From contig OZ244065.1 of the NCBI GenBank assembly GCA_965215505.1, positions 2,048,001 to 2,112,000 on the forward strand: a DNA stretch of 64,000 nt, given 5' to 3'. The position numbers were made by a program, and so were the translations under genes. The DNA is from Capsulimonadaceae bacterium. Its GTDB lineage: Bacteria > Armatimonadota > Armatimonadia > Armatimonadales > Capsulimonadaceae. Below the pieces are notes generated by a model, which worked only from the letters and a program-made list of their open reading frames with translations, searched no databases and had not been told where the DNA came from. Each line of letters begins with the position of its first letter. Position 1 is the stretch's first letter. Positions 50,086 to 60,399 of the stretch are shown one piece after another.

Positions 50086-50253
50086 GGGACCCACCCCGCC
50101 GCGAGCGGCTTCCCCTCCCGAAACGGGTGGGGGCAGAGGGGCGATATCTGGGAGGCTCTTGCTGACCGAAGAGACGCTGCTTAAAGATGTTCCTAAACTC
50201 CTCCCCCACCCGATCCGGGAAGGGGGGGCGACTTGTCGCGGGGCGGGGGTCCC
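50086..50253. repeat. Second REPIN/MITE-like inverted-repeat element
   Basis: Arms gggacccaccccgccgcgagcggcttcccctcccgaaacgggtggggg and (revcomp) gggacccccgccccgcgacaagtcgcccccccttcccggatcgggtggggg; architecture shared with 41085-41235. Confidence 0.7.
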
Positions 50254-53200
50254 TACTGCGTCGTCCGGACGGCGGACGTTGGCTGGGTCAGAGGGCTGGC
50301 CCCGACGGGGTGGCTCAGGGTCACGGCCCCGGCGAAGCCGCCGACGGCGTCCTGGGTGGGGTTGCCGGTCGCCGGGGTGCTGACGTCCACCTCGAAGACC
50401 TCGCCGCCGAGGCGGGTCGGGGCGGTCGAGCCGGGCGCGCGGGCCAATTCGCCCTGGCTGTACGACTGCGTGATGAGATACCGCTCGATGTGGCTGGAGC
50501 CAGGCTTGTTCGTCTCGTCGTCGTTGAGCCGCTGTACGCAGGTCGGCACGAAAGGGATGGGCGGAATCGCCGGGATGTTCCCGTTCGCCACGGCCCCGTT
50601 GCGGAGCGGCAGGTTCCCCTGGAAGTCGGCGGAGACGGCGTTTGCGCCCACGCTCATATTCCGGTAGTCGGCCTGCGTGAAAGCGAGGCCATAGGAAACC
50701 GGGGTCGTCGTGCCCGTGTAGACCAAGTCGAACGCGCCGTTGCTGTCGGCATACAGGAAGCTGTAGGCGTAGTTCGCGGCCGTCGCGGGCACCCCCTGCG
50801 GCGGCGCGTAGATGTGCAGGAAGCGCGGGTTGCGGACGGGCAATGTCTGCGACCCGGCCGTCGTGTTGGCGGTGTACGAGGTCGCCACATAGATGAGGTC
50901 GTTGGTCGCCGCGCTGTAAGGTGTGGGCGAAGTCGGGCGGTTGAAGGCCACGATGCTGCCGCCCGGCGCGTCCGCGCTGGCGGCGGCGAGCTGGCCGCCG
51001 ACGGGCTGGGCGAGGCGCGTGTTGGTGACCAGAGCGAACACTCTAATGATGTCCGCCGTGTTCGCCGAGCCACTCGGGATGTCCAGGTAGGACGCGCCCG
51101 AGTACTGGTAGCGGCGGCCGGACACGTCGCCGGTGTGCGTCACCCAGGTCAGCAGGTGGTCGTGGGTGACGGAGCCGGGCGAGCCGGGTGCGACGACAAC
51201 TGCGGGGGTGGCAGTGTTGAAGTACAGAAGGTTGCCGGCGGCGTCCAGCGCGTCCGTGACCTCCACGATGCGGTTGTTGCCGGTGTCGGCGACGAGGTAA
51301 TGCACGAGTTGGCCGGTGAGCGGCTGCTGGTTGCCGGGGTTCGTTACGGTGCCGGGGTCCGCGTACTGGAAGAACTCCCGGCGGACTTCGACGCTGGTCG
51401 GCTGGCTCAGGGAGTAGGGCTGCCCAGGGGCCATCAGGCCGCTGGGGTCGTAGAAGCGGGTTAGCTCCCAGATGACGTTGGCCCCCCGGTCGAAGCGGAC
51501 GCAGCGGTTATTGCCGGTGTCGGCGACGAGGTAGTCGTTCGGGGCGAACTGGGCCAGGCCGGACGGGTGGGCGAAATCCACCTTCGTACTGGAGCCGTTC
51601 GCGCCCAGGCGCGTGGTGGCGTCGGCGGACCAGACGGCGTTGCCGTCGGCGTCCGCCTCCAGGATGCGGTTGTTGTCGGCGATCAAGGTGAGCTGCTGGT
51701 TGAAGGCGGCCACGCCCGTCGAGCCGTTGACCACCATCGCGCCGCCGCCCGCGCTGGGCGCGGCGGCGACGGTCCCGACGTTCAGATAGGTCCCGCCCGG
51801 CCCCGTCCCCAGGGGGGACTTCCGTATCGTCAGTGCGGCCACTTTGCCCGCCCCGATGGTGGGAGTGGCGGGCAGCTTGTAGAGCGTGTTGTACGCGACA
51901 CTGCCGCCCCCACTGTCGCACAGGAGGAGGGTGCTGCCGGCCTTGCTCACGCCGGAGATCGAGCCGTTGACCAGGAACGTCGTGTACCAAGAAAGGTTGG
52001 TGTGGAAGTACATCCACGTCGCCGTCCCGCCGTTCGGCCCGGAGGGGGTGGCGGTGAAGGGCTGCGGCTCGCACAGGTTTCCGGCGATCTGCCGGCTGCC
52101 GCCGCTGCCGCGCCCGAAGTTGAAGACGCTCGCGAGGTTCCCCGCCGTCGTGATCTGCCCGTAGCGGCCCGCGCCGCGTCCGGGGTTCGGGATGGCGACC
52201 AGCGGGTTCTGCGGGTTCCCCGTGGACTCGTCAAGCTGGAAGTAGCGCGACTGGGTCGCGTCGAAGTTGACGGGATTGCCCGGCGGGTTCGCCGTGACCT
52301 CCTGATCGCCGCTGAAGGCCAGTATGGCGGCAGTAGTGCCGTTCTGGGCGGCGACGTAGACGTTGCCCTGGCCGTCCACGACGGGAGCGCCGACGAAGTG
52401 ATAGCCGGTCAGGCTGTTGAGCGTACCGTCGGCCTTCGTGGAAGGGTCATTGTAGTTGACGTTGTCGGCATCGAATGCATTCCCAGGGGTCCCCCAGTTT
52501 GGCCCGCTCCCTGTCGGGTTGACGGTGCTTGAATCGTTAGGCTGCGGGAGCCGGAAGCGGAACTTGATGCGGACGTTGCGCTGCGCGATGTCGTCATGGA
52601 CGCCGAACAGGTAGCTGTCCGCGCCCGCGTTGACGACGTAGTAATAGTCACCGTGCCGGTCAATCGCCGGGGCGGAGAGGATGGACCCGCCCCCCTGCGT
52701 GTTGGACAGGCTCAGAGCCTTGATCTCGTGCAGGGTCAGCCCCGCCTGCGGGTTGCCGCCCTGGGTGGTACTCTGGAGGAAATCGGCGTCCCAGTCCCCG
52801 AAGTAGTCGTCCACGTTCGCGGGCAGGTTGTTGGAGGCGAAGACGGGGTCTCGGCTGCCACTGACGGCCACCACATTGTTACCGTTGCTGTCGTAGGCCC
52901 GGCCCACCGGGACGGAGGCTATGTCTATGAACAGGTTGAACAGGCTGTACCGGGCGAGCCGGTTGACGTTGAAGCCCGAGAACTGGCCGTTCGGCGAGTA
53001 CAGGCTCAGGGGGTCGTTGCGCGCGCCCAGCAGGACCGTGTTCATGTTCAGGGTCGTCGGCACCAGGGCGATGATGCTGTTGGAAACCGGGCCGCTGTCC
53101 AGAACGCTGACGGCGGGCGAGGCGGTGGCGGACGCGGTGCTGTTCTGGCCCCCCGCCGTCGGGTCAACGGGGACGATCACGCCGCCGCTGGCACTGCCGC

Positions 53201-54755
53201 CGCCCAGGCCGATGACAAACATCGTTCCATCCGGCTGACCGGCGTAGATGCGGCCACCGTAGTAGGTCGGTGCCGGGGCATGGCCACTGAAGAGGGTCGT
53301 TCCAGGGGCGGTGTACGTCTTCACAGGTGCCGCATTGGCAGTCGAGTTGAGGTTGCTGAACTGCTGGACACTGCCGTTGGCCGTTTCCACGAAGACGTAG
53401 GTCGCACCGCCGTAGGTCGCCACCGTCGGCGCGGAGGCACCCGCAGTTGCACCGGTACTCCAGATTTCGTCGTAGGGCGTCGGCGCTGCACTGCCGAAGT
53501 CTGCGATGCCGTCATCGGCAGAGGGCAGGGGGACAGGATAGCCCGTCAGTGCTTCGCCGGGGATGGCATCGAAGGCATGCAGGATGCCGGTCGAGTCCGT
53601 GACATAGATGTAGTTGCCGTAGATAGCCGCGGCGGGCGGGGCCAGTGAGGAAGCCGTGGCATTGGTCGGCTGGTACGACCAGGCCGAAGTGAAGGACGCC
53701 GAACTCGGGCCGGCGGCGTTCTGGTGGCTGGTCTTGTTCTCCGACGGGTGCGTGTCCTCCCACGAGATCACGTTGGACAGGAACTTGAGGTCCGCCGGGG
53801 ACGCGGCGGCGAAGCCGGGGGTGCCCGGCGCGGCCCCGAAGGTCGCCGCCCCGCCCGCGAGGTTCACATGCGGCCCGACATCCAGGGCGCTGACGACGAT
53901 CTGGCCCGCCCCGACCTGTGCGGCGGAGACGGCCGGATTGCTGGGCGCTGCTTGGGCCGCTCCCGTCGTCGCGGTGCGGTACAGGGCGGCACCGAACAGG
54001 TTGGCGTAGTCGCCGGTGCCGGTAATTGTCCCGTAGACGCTGCCATTTGCGTCGTTGTAGGTCCCCAAAGCAAACGGGTAGTTCGGGTTTGAGGGCCACA
54101 GGGGGAACGGCTGGGAGACGACGGGATGCTCGAAGAGCAGGGAGGCACTCGGGAGGACCAGCGTCACGTTCGGGTCGGCGGCGGTCGTCCAGCTCGCACC
54201 CCCGAACAGGGGCAGAGTACCCACCGGGCCGCCGTACTCGACGATGAGCTGGCCGCCGCCGTCCACGAACCGGCGAAGCTTCTCATTGTCGGCGGGCAGG
54301 AATCCCGCCGCATAGTTGGTTGAGGAGGCGTGCAGGTACAGCACGTCGAACTGCTGGAGGTCATCGGCGGACACATCCCGCAGCGCCACTTCCCAGTAGG
54401 AGGCCATTGAGGGGGTGAGACTGGCACCCGCCGCATACGCCCCGGCCTGCCCGTTCCACCGGTCGCTCATGGCGGCGCTGACCGTACTCTGGGCGAGCGG
54501 GTTGACGAAGGTCCAGCCGACCGGTTTGACGTCCTGACGCTGGTTCAGGACATAGAACACGAACGGCGCGGGGTCAACGGCGGTCCGGTCAGACGCGGAG
54601 CCGACGAACAGCACGCCCGCATTGATGGTGCGCTGCCGGGCGTTGTAGGTGTAGGCGGCGGCCCGGACGGTGCGGGCGGGCATGAGCCAGAGCAAAGCCG
54701 CCGTCAGCGCCGACAGCAGGAGGAGACACCGCTTGTTGTTCGAGAGGCGAAACAT
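50253..54755 (-). CDS. 1500-aa secreted protein: DUF4159/GATase-like N-terminal domain, PQQ-like propeller and NHL repeats
   Basis: Signal ending VRA|A; DLQQFDVLYLH...EKLRRFVDGGGQLIVE; YVTDSTGILHAFD; YLVADTGNNR twice. Confidence 0.8.
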   Translation of the reverse strand: MFRLSNNKRCLLLLSALTAALLWLMPARTVRAAAYTYNARQRTINAGVLFVGSASDRTAVDPAPFVFYVLNQRQDVKPVGWTFVNPLAQSTVSAAMSDRWNGQAGAYAAGASLTPSMASYWEVALRDVSADDLQQFDVLYLHASSTNYAAGFLPADNEKLRRFVDGGGQLIVEYGGPVGTLPLFGGASWTTAADPNVTLVLPSASLLFEHPVVSQPFPLWPSNPNYPFALGTYNDANGSVYGTITGTGDYANLFGAALYRTATTGAAQAAPSNPAVSAAQVGAGQIVVSALDVGPHVNLAGGAATFGAAPGTPGFAAASPADLKFLSNVISWEDTHPSENKTSHQNAAGPSSASFTSAWSYQPTNATASSLAPPAAAIYGNYIYVTDSTGILHAFDAIPGEALTGYPVPLPSADDGIADFGSAAPTPYDEIWSTGATAGASAPTVATYGGATYVFVETANGSVQQFSNLNSTANAAPVKTYTAPGTTLFSGHAPAPTYYGGRIYAGQPDGTMFVIGLGGGSASGGVIVPVDPTAGGQNSTASATASPAVSVLDSGPVSNSIIALVPTTLNMNTVLLGARNDPLSLYSPNGQFSGFNVNRLARYSLFNLFIDIASVPVGRAYDSNGNNVVAVSGSRDPVFASNNLPANVDDYFGDWDADFLQSTTQGGNPQAGLTLHEIKALSLSNTQGGGSILSAPAIDRHGDYYYVVNAGADSYLFGVHDDIAQRNVRIKFRFRLPQPNDSSTVNPTGSGPNWGTPGNAFDADNVNYNDPSTKADGTLNSLTGYHFVGAPVVDGQGNVYVAAQNGTTAAILAFSGDQEVTANPPGNPVNFDATQSRYFQLDESTGNPQNPLVAIPNPGRGAGRYGQITTAGNLASVFNFGRGSGGSRQIAGNLCEPQPFTATPSGPNGGTATWMYFHTNLSWYTTFLVNGSISGVSKAGSTLLLCDSGGGSVAYNTLYKLPATPTIGAGKVAALTIRKSPLGTGPGGTYLNVGTVAAAPSAGGGAMVVNGSTGVAAFNQQLTLIADNNRILEADADGNAVWSADATTRLGANGSSTKVDFAHPSGLAQFAPNDYLVADTGNNRCVRFDRGANVIWELTRFYDPSGLMAPGQPYSLSQPTSVEVRREFFQYADPGTVTNPGNQQPLTGQLVHYLVADTGNNRIVEVTDALDAAGNLLYFNTATPAVVVAPGSPGSVTHDHLLTWVTHTGDVSGRRYQYSGASYLDIPSGSANTADIIRVFALVTNTRLAQPVGGQLAAASADAPGGSIVAFNRPTSPTPYSAATNDLIYVATSYTANTTAGSQTLPVRNPRFLHIYAPPQGVPATAANYAYSFLYADSNGAFDLVYTGTTTPVSYGLAFTQADYRNMSVGANAVSADFQGNLPLRNGAVANGNIPAIPPIPFVPTCVQRLNDDETNKPGSSHIERYLITQSYSQGELARAPGSTAPTRLGGEVFEVDVSTPATGNPTQDAVGGFAGAVTLSHPVGASPLTQPTSAVRTTQ

Positions 54756-54765
54756 AAGAAGAACC

Positions 54766-54793
54766 CCCTAGCCCCCATTTCTGGGGGGATAGG
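54766..54793. repeat. Short REP-like palindrome overlapping the RBS region
   Basis: cctagcccccatttctggggggatagg. Confidence 0.45.
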
Positions 54794-54860
54794 AAACGAA
54801 AAGCCGAGAAGAAGTGATGACAGGTGGGACGCGCCCGCGCCGGGCGGCTGCCAGACCGGG

Positions 54861-57800
54861 CTACTGCAAGAGCGGCGGCTCGCTGCTCTGGCCCGCGAAC
54901 AGCAGGGCAGTCGAGACGGGCAGTTTGGGCGAGAACGGCAGGGGCCGGCCATACGGGTCGCTCCGCAGATAGTGGGCCTGGGTGGTGACCGAGCCGACCG
55001 TGGTCTGCGGGGCATACGGGTAGCCCGCCTGCGGGTTATAGATGATCTGGAGGCCGATGCCCGGCTTGCCGCCGGGGTTGCCGTTAGCGTCCCGGAGCAG
55101 GTGCCCCGCCGACTCCAGAGACGTACCGCCTCCGGCCGACGCCAGCGCGTGGTAGCCGTGGAACTGCGGTATCCAGCCCCACTTGAGCATCCACGCGGTC
55201 TGGTCGGCCACGTCCACCGGCTGCGCCTCGGAAACGGCCCCGTCAATGATGATCTTCATGTCAATCGGCTGCCCGTAGAACGGGAAGTGCGAGTCGGCGT
55301 AGTTCGCCCGCTGCCCGCCCGGATTGGCAGTTGTCACGGTCGGCGCGAACAGGTCCAGGCCGTCCGAGGTGTCGTTGTTAAACCAGTTGCCGGGGATGAC
55401 GAAGAACGAGCCGGTCTGGGCGTACAGGACCGCCTCGATCCGGACGTCCATCGGCAGGATCGCCACCCGCCTCAGATTCAGGTCCTGGGCGGCGGTCGGG
55501 TCGAGGCGCGTCACCAGCAGGCGCGTGTCGCTCCCCACGAGGGAGTTCAGGGCGGTGGACGTCGGGATGCTGTAGTCCACGACGCCGGGATTGGTGAGGT
55601 CGAGGAACTGGAGGCCCGGCAGGGGCGCGAGCGGCGGGCTGCCCGTGAGGCTGCCGGCATCGAAGGACGGGGTATAGACCGCCGTGTTGCCCGCTCCGTC
55701 CAAGGCAAAGGGAAGGACGCCCGCACCGCTCACCGGCGGGCGGATGCTGTAGCCGGTCACCGGGTTCACGATGTCGAAGTCGGCCAGGGTCAGGCCGGTG
55801 TCCCCCGGCTCGGCGCTGACATACAGGCCCAGCGAGTTGCCGCCATAGGCGTTGCTGGGAGTGACCCCGCTGGGCAGGCCGAAGTTGATCTCCTGGATGA
55901 GCTGCCGCTCGTCCTGGCCCAGGGTCACATGGTCCCCGGTGGCGGTCGGCGCGGACGTGCCGAGCGGGTTGTCGTCGGACTTCGGCCCGGCCAGGAACTG
56001 CGTCGTGTTGACGCACACATAGTCGTGGGCCAGGACGGTGATGGTCGTGTCCGGGTTGCCTTTCAGCAGGCTGCCGTCAATGTACGCCGTCCCGTTCGTC
56101 ACGATGGTGATGTGGCGCGGGTACTTGTCCCCGGCCAGCAGCGTCGTGTCCTGGCTGGTCGGGTCAGCGCTGCCGACGCCGTGGATGCGCGCGTTGCCTT
56201 CGGCGTGGATCAAGACGTCATTGTCCGGGTTCAGCCCCTTGTAGTTCGTCGTCTCGGTCGCCGGGTCATTGCTGGCGTTGATGTCGTCATAGAGTACCGT
56301 TTGGCTCCCGGCGCTGCCCGCCGTGCCGTCCGGGTTGGGGAACTTGTCGTCGGTCAGGGTCATCCGAATGCCGTAGGTAGAAGCGTATTTGTGCTTCGTC
56401 TGGTCTACGTTCATGCGCCCCAGGGTGATGTTGACGCCCGGCGGGTCGTAGAACTGGCCGTTCCAGCCGCCCTTGCCGTTCCCCTTGTCCGCGTTCTCGG
56501 GCGTGTCGTTAAGCCACTGGTCCACCAGGGTGCTGCCGCCGCCGATGGAGACGCTGTTGGGCTGGATGTCGTTCGGGTTGTTGATATAAATGCTCTGACC
56601 ATAGCCAAACTTGCCCGACCCGGCGGGATATGTCTGGGTCGCGCCCGCGCTGTCCACATAGGTGCGCGGCGGCGAGGTCATGGCGATGGCCTTGTAGCGC
56701 GGGAGCTGCGAGGACGACTCGACGGTGTCCATGCGCGGCGGCTCCAGCCGCCCGATGCTGCGCGGCTGGCCAGCGGCATCGGTCTGCGAGGAGCCGTCCC
56801 GGACGAGGCCGTTTACGGTGCTGAAGCCGCCGTTGCTGCCCGCGCCGCCCGTGTCGTTACTGGGCACCACGAACAGGTTGAAAGTCGGCGTGGCCGGAGC
56901 CGTCGGCGCAGGGTTTGCCGTCAGCTTGGTTAGGTCAACCGGGTTGATCTCCACCGAGGCCCGCTGGCCCTGCGTGGCACCAGTGTTGGTCGTGAAGAGG
57001 GGCTGACCCTGCGTGTAGCCGTTCAACAACAGATCGCCCGCGACTTCAAGGCCGTCCTGATAGAGCGGCGCATCCACACCCGCATTGTTCAGGTAAAACA
57101 GGTTCTTGCCGAAGAAGCGTACCGGCATGTTCGCGTGGAACGAGCCGCCGCCCGCGATAAACTTGGGCGTGGAGGACGTATCAATAAATGTCCTGGCCCC
57201 CGCCTGCGGGTTAGGAATGACCTGGCCGCTGCCGGGAACGACCTGATACGCATCCGCCGCCCCGTAGGTGGTGAAGATCGGGTAGATGTGAGGTAGCGGG
57301 AAGCCATTCGCAACAGGATTGCCGCTCCCATCCACCAGGATGGGGGTATTCGGGTTGGCCGGGTCTACGAAGAAGTCATACGCGCCCGCCGTGGCGATCC
57401 CGCCGTCAGTGTCCTGGGCGTAGAACCGGCTGGTGACGCCCATGTCCGCCGTCGTCGAGCGGTTGTCCGGGTTGGTTTCAAACCGGGCATAGTCGGTGAT
57501 GCCGATGGGCTGGTAGGCCACCTGATACGACTGCAAGCGGTCCGAGCTGCGGTTGTTGCCGTAGGTGGTGGGGTCGCGCGGGTCGATCACGCCTTCGCGG
57601 CCGATGGACTCGATCTTGATGTACTTGCCCGGCGGGATGGCGACGGGGGCACCGCTGCCGAACACGGGGTCATAGTAAGGGCTGGTCGCCGAGGTCCGGA
57701 CGAGAACCGGGGTGTAGGTGAGACGCAGCAGGAAGCGGCCCGCGCCGGTGTTGTAGCGCGCGAACCCTGCCTCCAGATATTTGGCATCCGGGTCGGTTGG

Positions 57801-58178
57801 GTCGGGTGCGGACAGTCCGTTGGCGGCCACGGCGTTGGTATAGCGGGCCAGTTCGCGCTGCTCGGTCGGCGGGGTCAGCAGGGTGTTCTGGAGCGGCGGA
57901 CGCCAGTCCGCGCCGTCCATGCTGTTGGTGAGCTGGGCGTCGGCGAACGTGATCCCCGCCTTGGCGTACTGGTCGGCGGTGACGGTGCGGGCGGAATGAC
58001 GGGCGTTCAGCAGGTTGCGGGCGACGATGGTGACGAACAGCGCCCCGGCCAGCCCCAGCAGCAGCAGCACCAGCAGGGCGATGACGATGGACTGGCCGCG
58101 CCGCAGGGCGCGGCGTCGGGCGGGGCCGCGCCGGCGGGTGGGTTTTGCAGGGAACATCGTTGTTTGTGCTTGATGCAT
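54861..58178 (-). CDS. Giant PilX/GspK-like minor pilin (1105 aa)
   Basis: Class III signal RRG|QSIVIALLVLLLLGL lacking Glu5, as in PilX/GspK; A...AKAGI helix; YIKIESIG strand; beta-solenoid-like C-terminal motifs. Confidence 0.75.
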   Translation of the reverse strand: MHQAQTTMFPAKPTRRRGPARRRALRRGQSIVIALLVLLLLGLAGALFVTIVARNLLNARHSARTVTADQYAKAGITFADAQLTNSMDGADWRPPLQNTLLTPPTEQRELARYTNAVAANGLSAPDPTDPDAKYLEAGFARYNTGAGRFLLRLTYTPVLVRTSATSPYYDPVFGSGAPVAIPPGKYIKIESIGREGVIDPRDPTTYGNNRSSDRLQSYQVAYQPIGITDYARFETNPDNRSTTADMGVTSRFYAQDTDGGIATAGAYDFFVDPANPNTPILVDGSGNPVANGFPLPHIYPIFTTYGAADAYQVVPGSGQVIPNPQAGARTFIDTSSTPKFIAGGGSFHANMPVRFFGKNLFYLNNAGVDAPLYQDGLEVAGDLLLNGYTQGQPLFTTNTGATQGQRASVEINPVDLTKLTANPAPTAPATPTFNLFVVPSNDTGGAGSNGGFSTVNGLVRDGSSQTDAAGQPRSIGRLEPPRMDTVESSSQLPRYKAIAMTSPPRTYVDSAGATQTYPAGSGKFGYGQSIYINNPNDIQPNSVSIGGGSTLVDQWLNDTPENADKGNGKGGWNGQFYDPPGVNITLGRMNVDQTKHKYASTYGIRMTLTDDKFPNPDGTAGSAGSQTVLYDDINASNDPATETTNYKGLNPDNDVLIHAEGNARIHGVGSADPTSQDTTLLAGDKYPRHITIVTNGTAYIDGSLLKGNPDTTITVLAHDYVCVNTTQFLAGPKSDDNPLGTSAPTATGDHVTLGQDERQLIQEINFGLPSGVTPSNAYGGNSLGLYVSAEPGDTGLTLADFDIVNPVTGYSIRPPVSGAGVLPFALDGAGNTAVYTPSFDAGSLTGSPPLAPLPGLQFLDLTNPGVVDYSIPTSTALNSLVGSDTRLLVTRLDPTAAQDLNLRRVAILPMDVRIEAVLYAQTGSFFVIPGNWFNNDTSDGLDLFAPTVTTANPGGQRANYADSHFPFYGQPIDMKIIIDGAVSEAQPVDVADQTAWMLKWGWIPQFHGYHALASAGGGTSLESAGHLLRDANGNPGGKPGIGLQIIYNPQAGYPYAPQTTVGSVTTQAHYLRSDPYGRPLPFSPKLPVSTALLFAGQSSEPPLLQ

Positions 58179-58196
58179 GGTGTGCTTGGAGGGGCC

Positions 58197-60398
58197 TTAC
58201 CCCCGGTTGCTGTTGCCGATCTTGATCTTGGTCTCGCTCGGGATGACCTGCGCCCGGTTGTTGGAGATGTCGTAGATGCGGACGCCGATGCTCACATCAA
58301 TCAGGTCGCGCGTCTGATAATCCACCTTCACCTGCATCGGCAGGTAGGTATTGTCGGCAACGGGGGGACTTGCGTTGGTCTGGCCGTAGGAATACGGCTT
58401 CGTCGGGTCCATCAGCGCCATATTAGATTGGTAGTCGTAAACGACCACGATCTGCTTGGTGGCGCTCGTTGAGGCCGGCTGTATCAGTGCCAAGGCTTCC
58501 GGGGAGACTTTAATCGTGTTGGCGGAGTAATCCACATAGTACTGGTTGCCCGTGACGTCCGCGACCGAGTTCACCGGCGTGTAGGGCACGACCTGTCCGT
58601 TGCCCGGCCCCGATGTCGTGTCCGGCCCGGTCACGCGAATGCCGCCGGGGATGATGTGCGCGTTCCTGACGCCCGTTTGGCCGGTGGCACCGGGGGCAAA
58701 TTGCAAGTTCGTCAGCGGCGAGTCCGTGAGCTGAACAGGGTTCGACGCGGGCTTTGTCAGGTCAATCAGGCCGGTCGGGTCTACGCCGCCCAGGTTAGGG
58801 TTGGCGGGGTCCAGGACCGGATAGGGCCAGTTACGGTTGTTCCGACTGGTCGGCCCGCTGGGGAAGGACGGCGTGCCGAAGATCAGCGTGCCGGTGTCGG
58901 GGTTGACCGTCAGCGGGACGAAGTCGGTGCCGCCCAGTTTGTAAGCGCCGGAGCCAGCATCTTGCAGCGGGTAGCCTTTCGAGATGTTGTAGACCAGCGT
59001 GGTCGTCGCGCCGCCGCTCGTGTGGCTGAACTCCAGGAGGTCGCCGGCCGAGTAGAGCGGCGGGCTGTTGACCGTATCGTTGATGGACGAGATCTGCGTG
59101 TCGTAATACTCCTGGGTCCCGTTGTAGTTGCCGGGGTACAGGCTGACATGGTACGGCAAAGCCCAGGACTTGCCGGCCGACGTGTAGGTGGTCGGGACAT
59201 AGCCATAGCCCGTGGTGCCGTCGAGCGTCGGCAAGGCCTGATTATTAGCGTCCGCGGTCGTCCCCGGCGTGGCGTCGCCGCTGACGGTCCCCGCGCGGAA
59301 CGTCACGCTGGTATTGACGATGGGATAATCCTTGTTGCCGACGGGATCATGGGCCGAGCCGCTGTGGGCGATGCCGGGGAACGCCTGGGTCGCGGTGTCA
59401 TAGACCAGCGTGTTGTTCGCGTTGTGCGGCAGCAGGATCAGATCAATGTTCGGGCCGGGGATGACGGGCTTTGCGATAGAGCGCCACATCTCGACCCGAT
59501 TGTTGTGCTGGGCGGCGGAGCCAGGTGTTCCTGTCGTGCCAATGGCATCTTGTGCGCCGAAAGCACCATGAGCATCGTCCAGCCAGTTTACGTCAGTAGG
59601 CTTCACATAGCGAAAAAAGTCAGGGTCGTCCAACTCAGGAACCTTATTGCCGTTCGCATCGACCTTCGTTCCCGTCGCAAACAGTTGGGTGTTCGCTTGC
59701 TGAGTCACTTTTCCAGTAACTGGGTCTGTCACGCTTTTGTAAGGCTGGAACTGTGCGCGGTACAGAATATATGTATTGTCATTGCCGTTGGACTTCGCCT
59801 CGCGCACGTTGTTGTATGGTACGGAAGGATCTTTGAGGCCGACCCAGTAGCGCGTCACGGTCGTACCGGCGGCAAGGGGAAAGACGAAAGCGGGGTCGCT
59901 GATGATCGCCGAGCCGTTCTGCGACTGCCGGTAGGTGATCGGCTCCCCTGTGGTCGGATCAATCTGCGTCGCCGAAGAGGAAACCGACTTCGGCTGGGCG
60001 AAGTCCAGCTTGCAGGCATAGGCGTGGGCGATGGTGGACGTGTAGGCCCCGGTGGCAGGGACGATGCCCGGTATCTCCAGGTCCAGGAAGTTCGTATAGC
60101 GGTCGTCGCCGGGCTGGGGCTGGTTCGCGGTGACGAACGGGTGGGAGGTGCCGTCGAAGACGAACAGGGCGCTGCCCAGCTCGCGCGTCAGCCGCTCCCG
60201 CGTGGACCGGGCTGCGTCCTGGGCGGCCGTGATGATCTGGGCCTGCTGCGTGTAGCGGATGGCACTGACGAGCGGGACCAGGAGCAGGGCGAACAGGACG
60301 GCGGTCAGGCCGATGACGATCAGCAGCTCGATGAGCGTGAAGGCCCGTTCCATGGACGCTTTCGGCTGCGGACGAACGGTTGTGTTCATAGCGTTCAT
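58197..60398 (-). CDS. Giant PilW/GspJ-like minor pilin (733 aa)
   Basis: RA|FTLIELLIVIGL prepilin motif; QDAARSTRERLTRELGSA helix typical of PilW/GspJ; C-terminal IDVSIGVRIY...TKIKIGN strands. Confidence 0.8.
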   Translation of the reverse strand: MNAMNTTVRPQPKASMERAFTLIELLIVIGLTAVLFALLLVPLVSAIRYTQQAQIITAAQDAARSTRERLTRELGSALFVFDGTSHPFVTANQPQPGDDRYTNFLDLEIPGIVPATGAYTSTIAHAYACKLDFAQPKSVSSSATQIDPTTGEPITYRQSQNGSAIISDPAFVFPLAAGTTVTRYWVGLKDPSVPYNNVREAKSNGNDNTYILYRAQFQPYKSVTDPVTGKVTQQANTQLFATGTKVDANGNKVPELDDPDFFRYVKPTDVNWLDDAHGAFGAQDAIGTTGTPGSAAQHNNRVEMWRSIAKPVIPGPNIDLILLPHNANNTLVYDTATQAFPGIAHSGSAHDPVGNKDYPIVNTSVTFRAGTVSGDATPGTTADANNQALPTLDGTTGYGYVPTTYTSAGKSWALPYHVSLYPGNYNGTQEYYDTQISSINDTVNSPPLYSAGDLLEFSHTSGGATTTLVYNISKGYPLQDAGSGAYKLGGTDFVPLTVNPDTGTLIFGTPSFPSGPTSRNNRNWPYPVLDPANPNLGGVDPTGLIDLTKPASNPVQLTDSPLTNLQFAPGATGQTGVRNAHIIPGGIRVTGPDTTSGPGNGQVVPYTPVNSVADVTGNQYYVDYSANTIKVSPEALALIQPASTSATKQIVVVYDYQSNMALMDPTKPYSYGQTNASPPVADNTYLPMQVKVDYQTRDLIDVSIGVRIYDISNNRAQVIPSETKIKIGNSNRG

Positions 60399-60399
60399 G

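Noticed and set aside
50066-50209. N-terminal extension of the 2989-aa ORF
   Set aside because: It runs through the inverted-repeat element, and the signal peptide lies further downstream.
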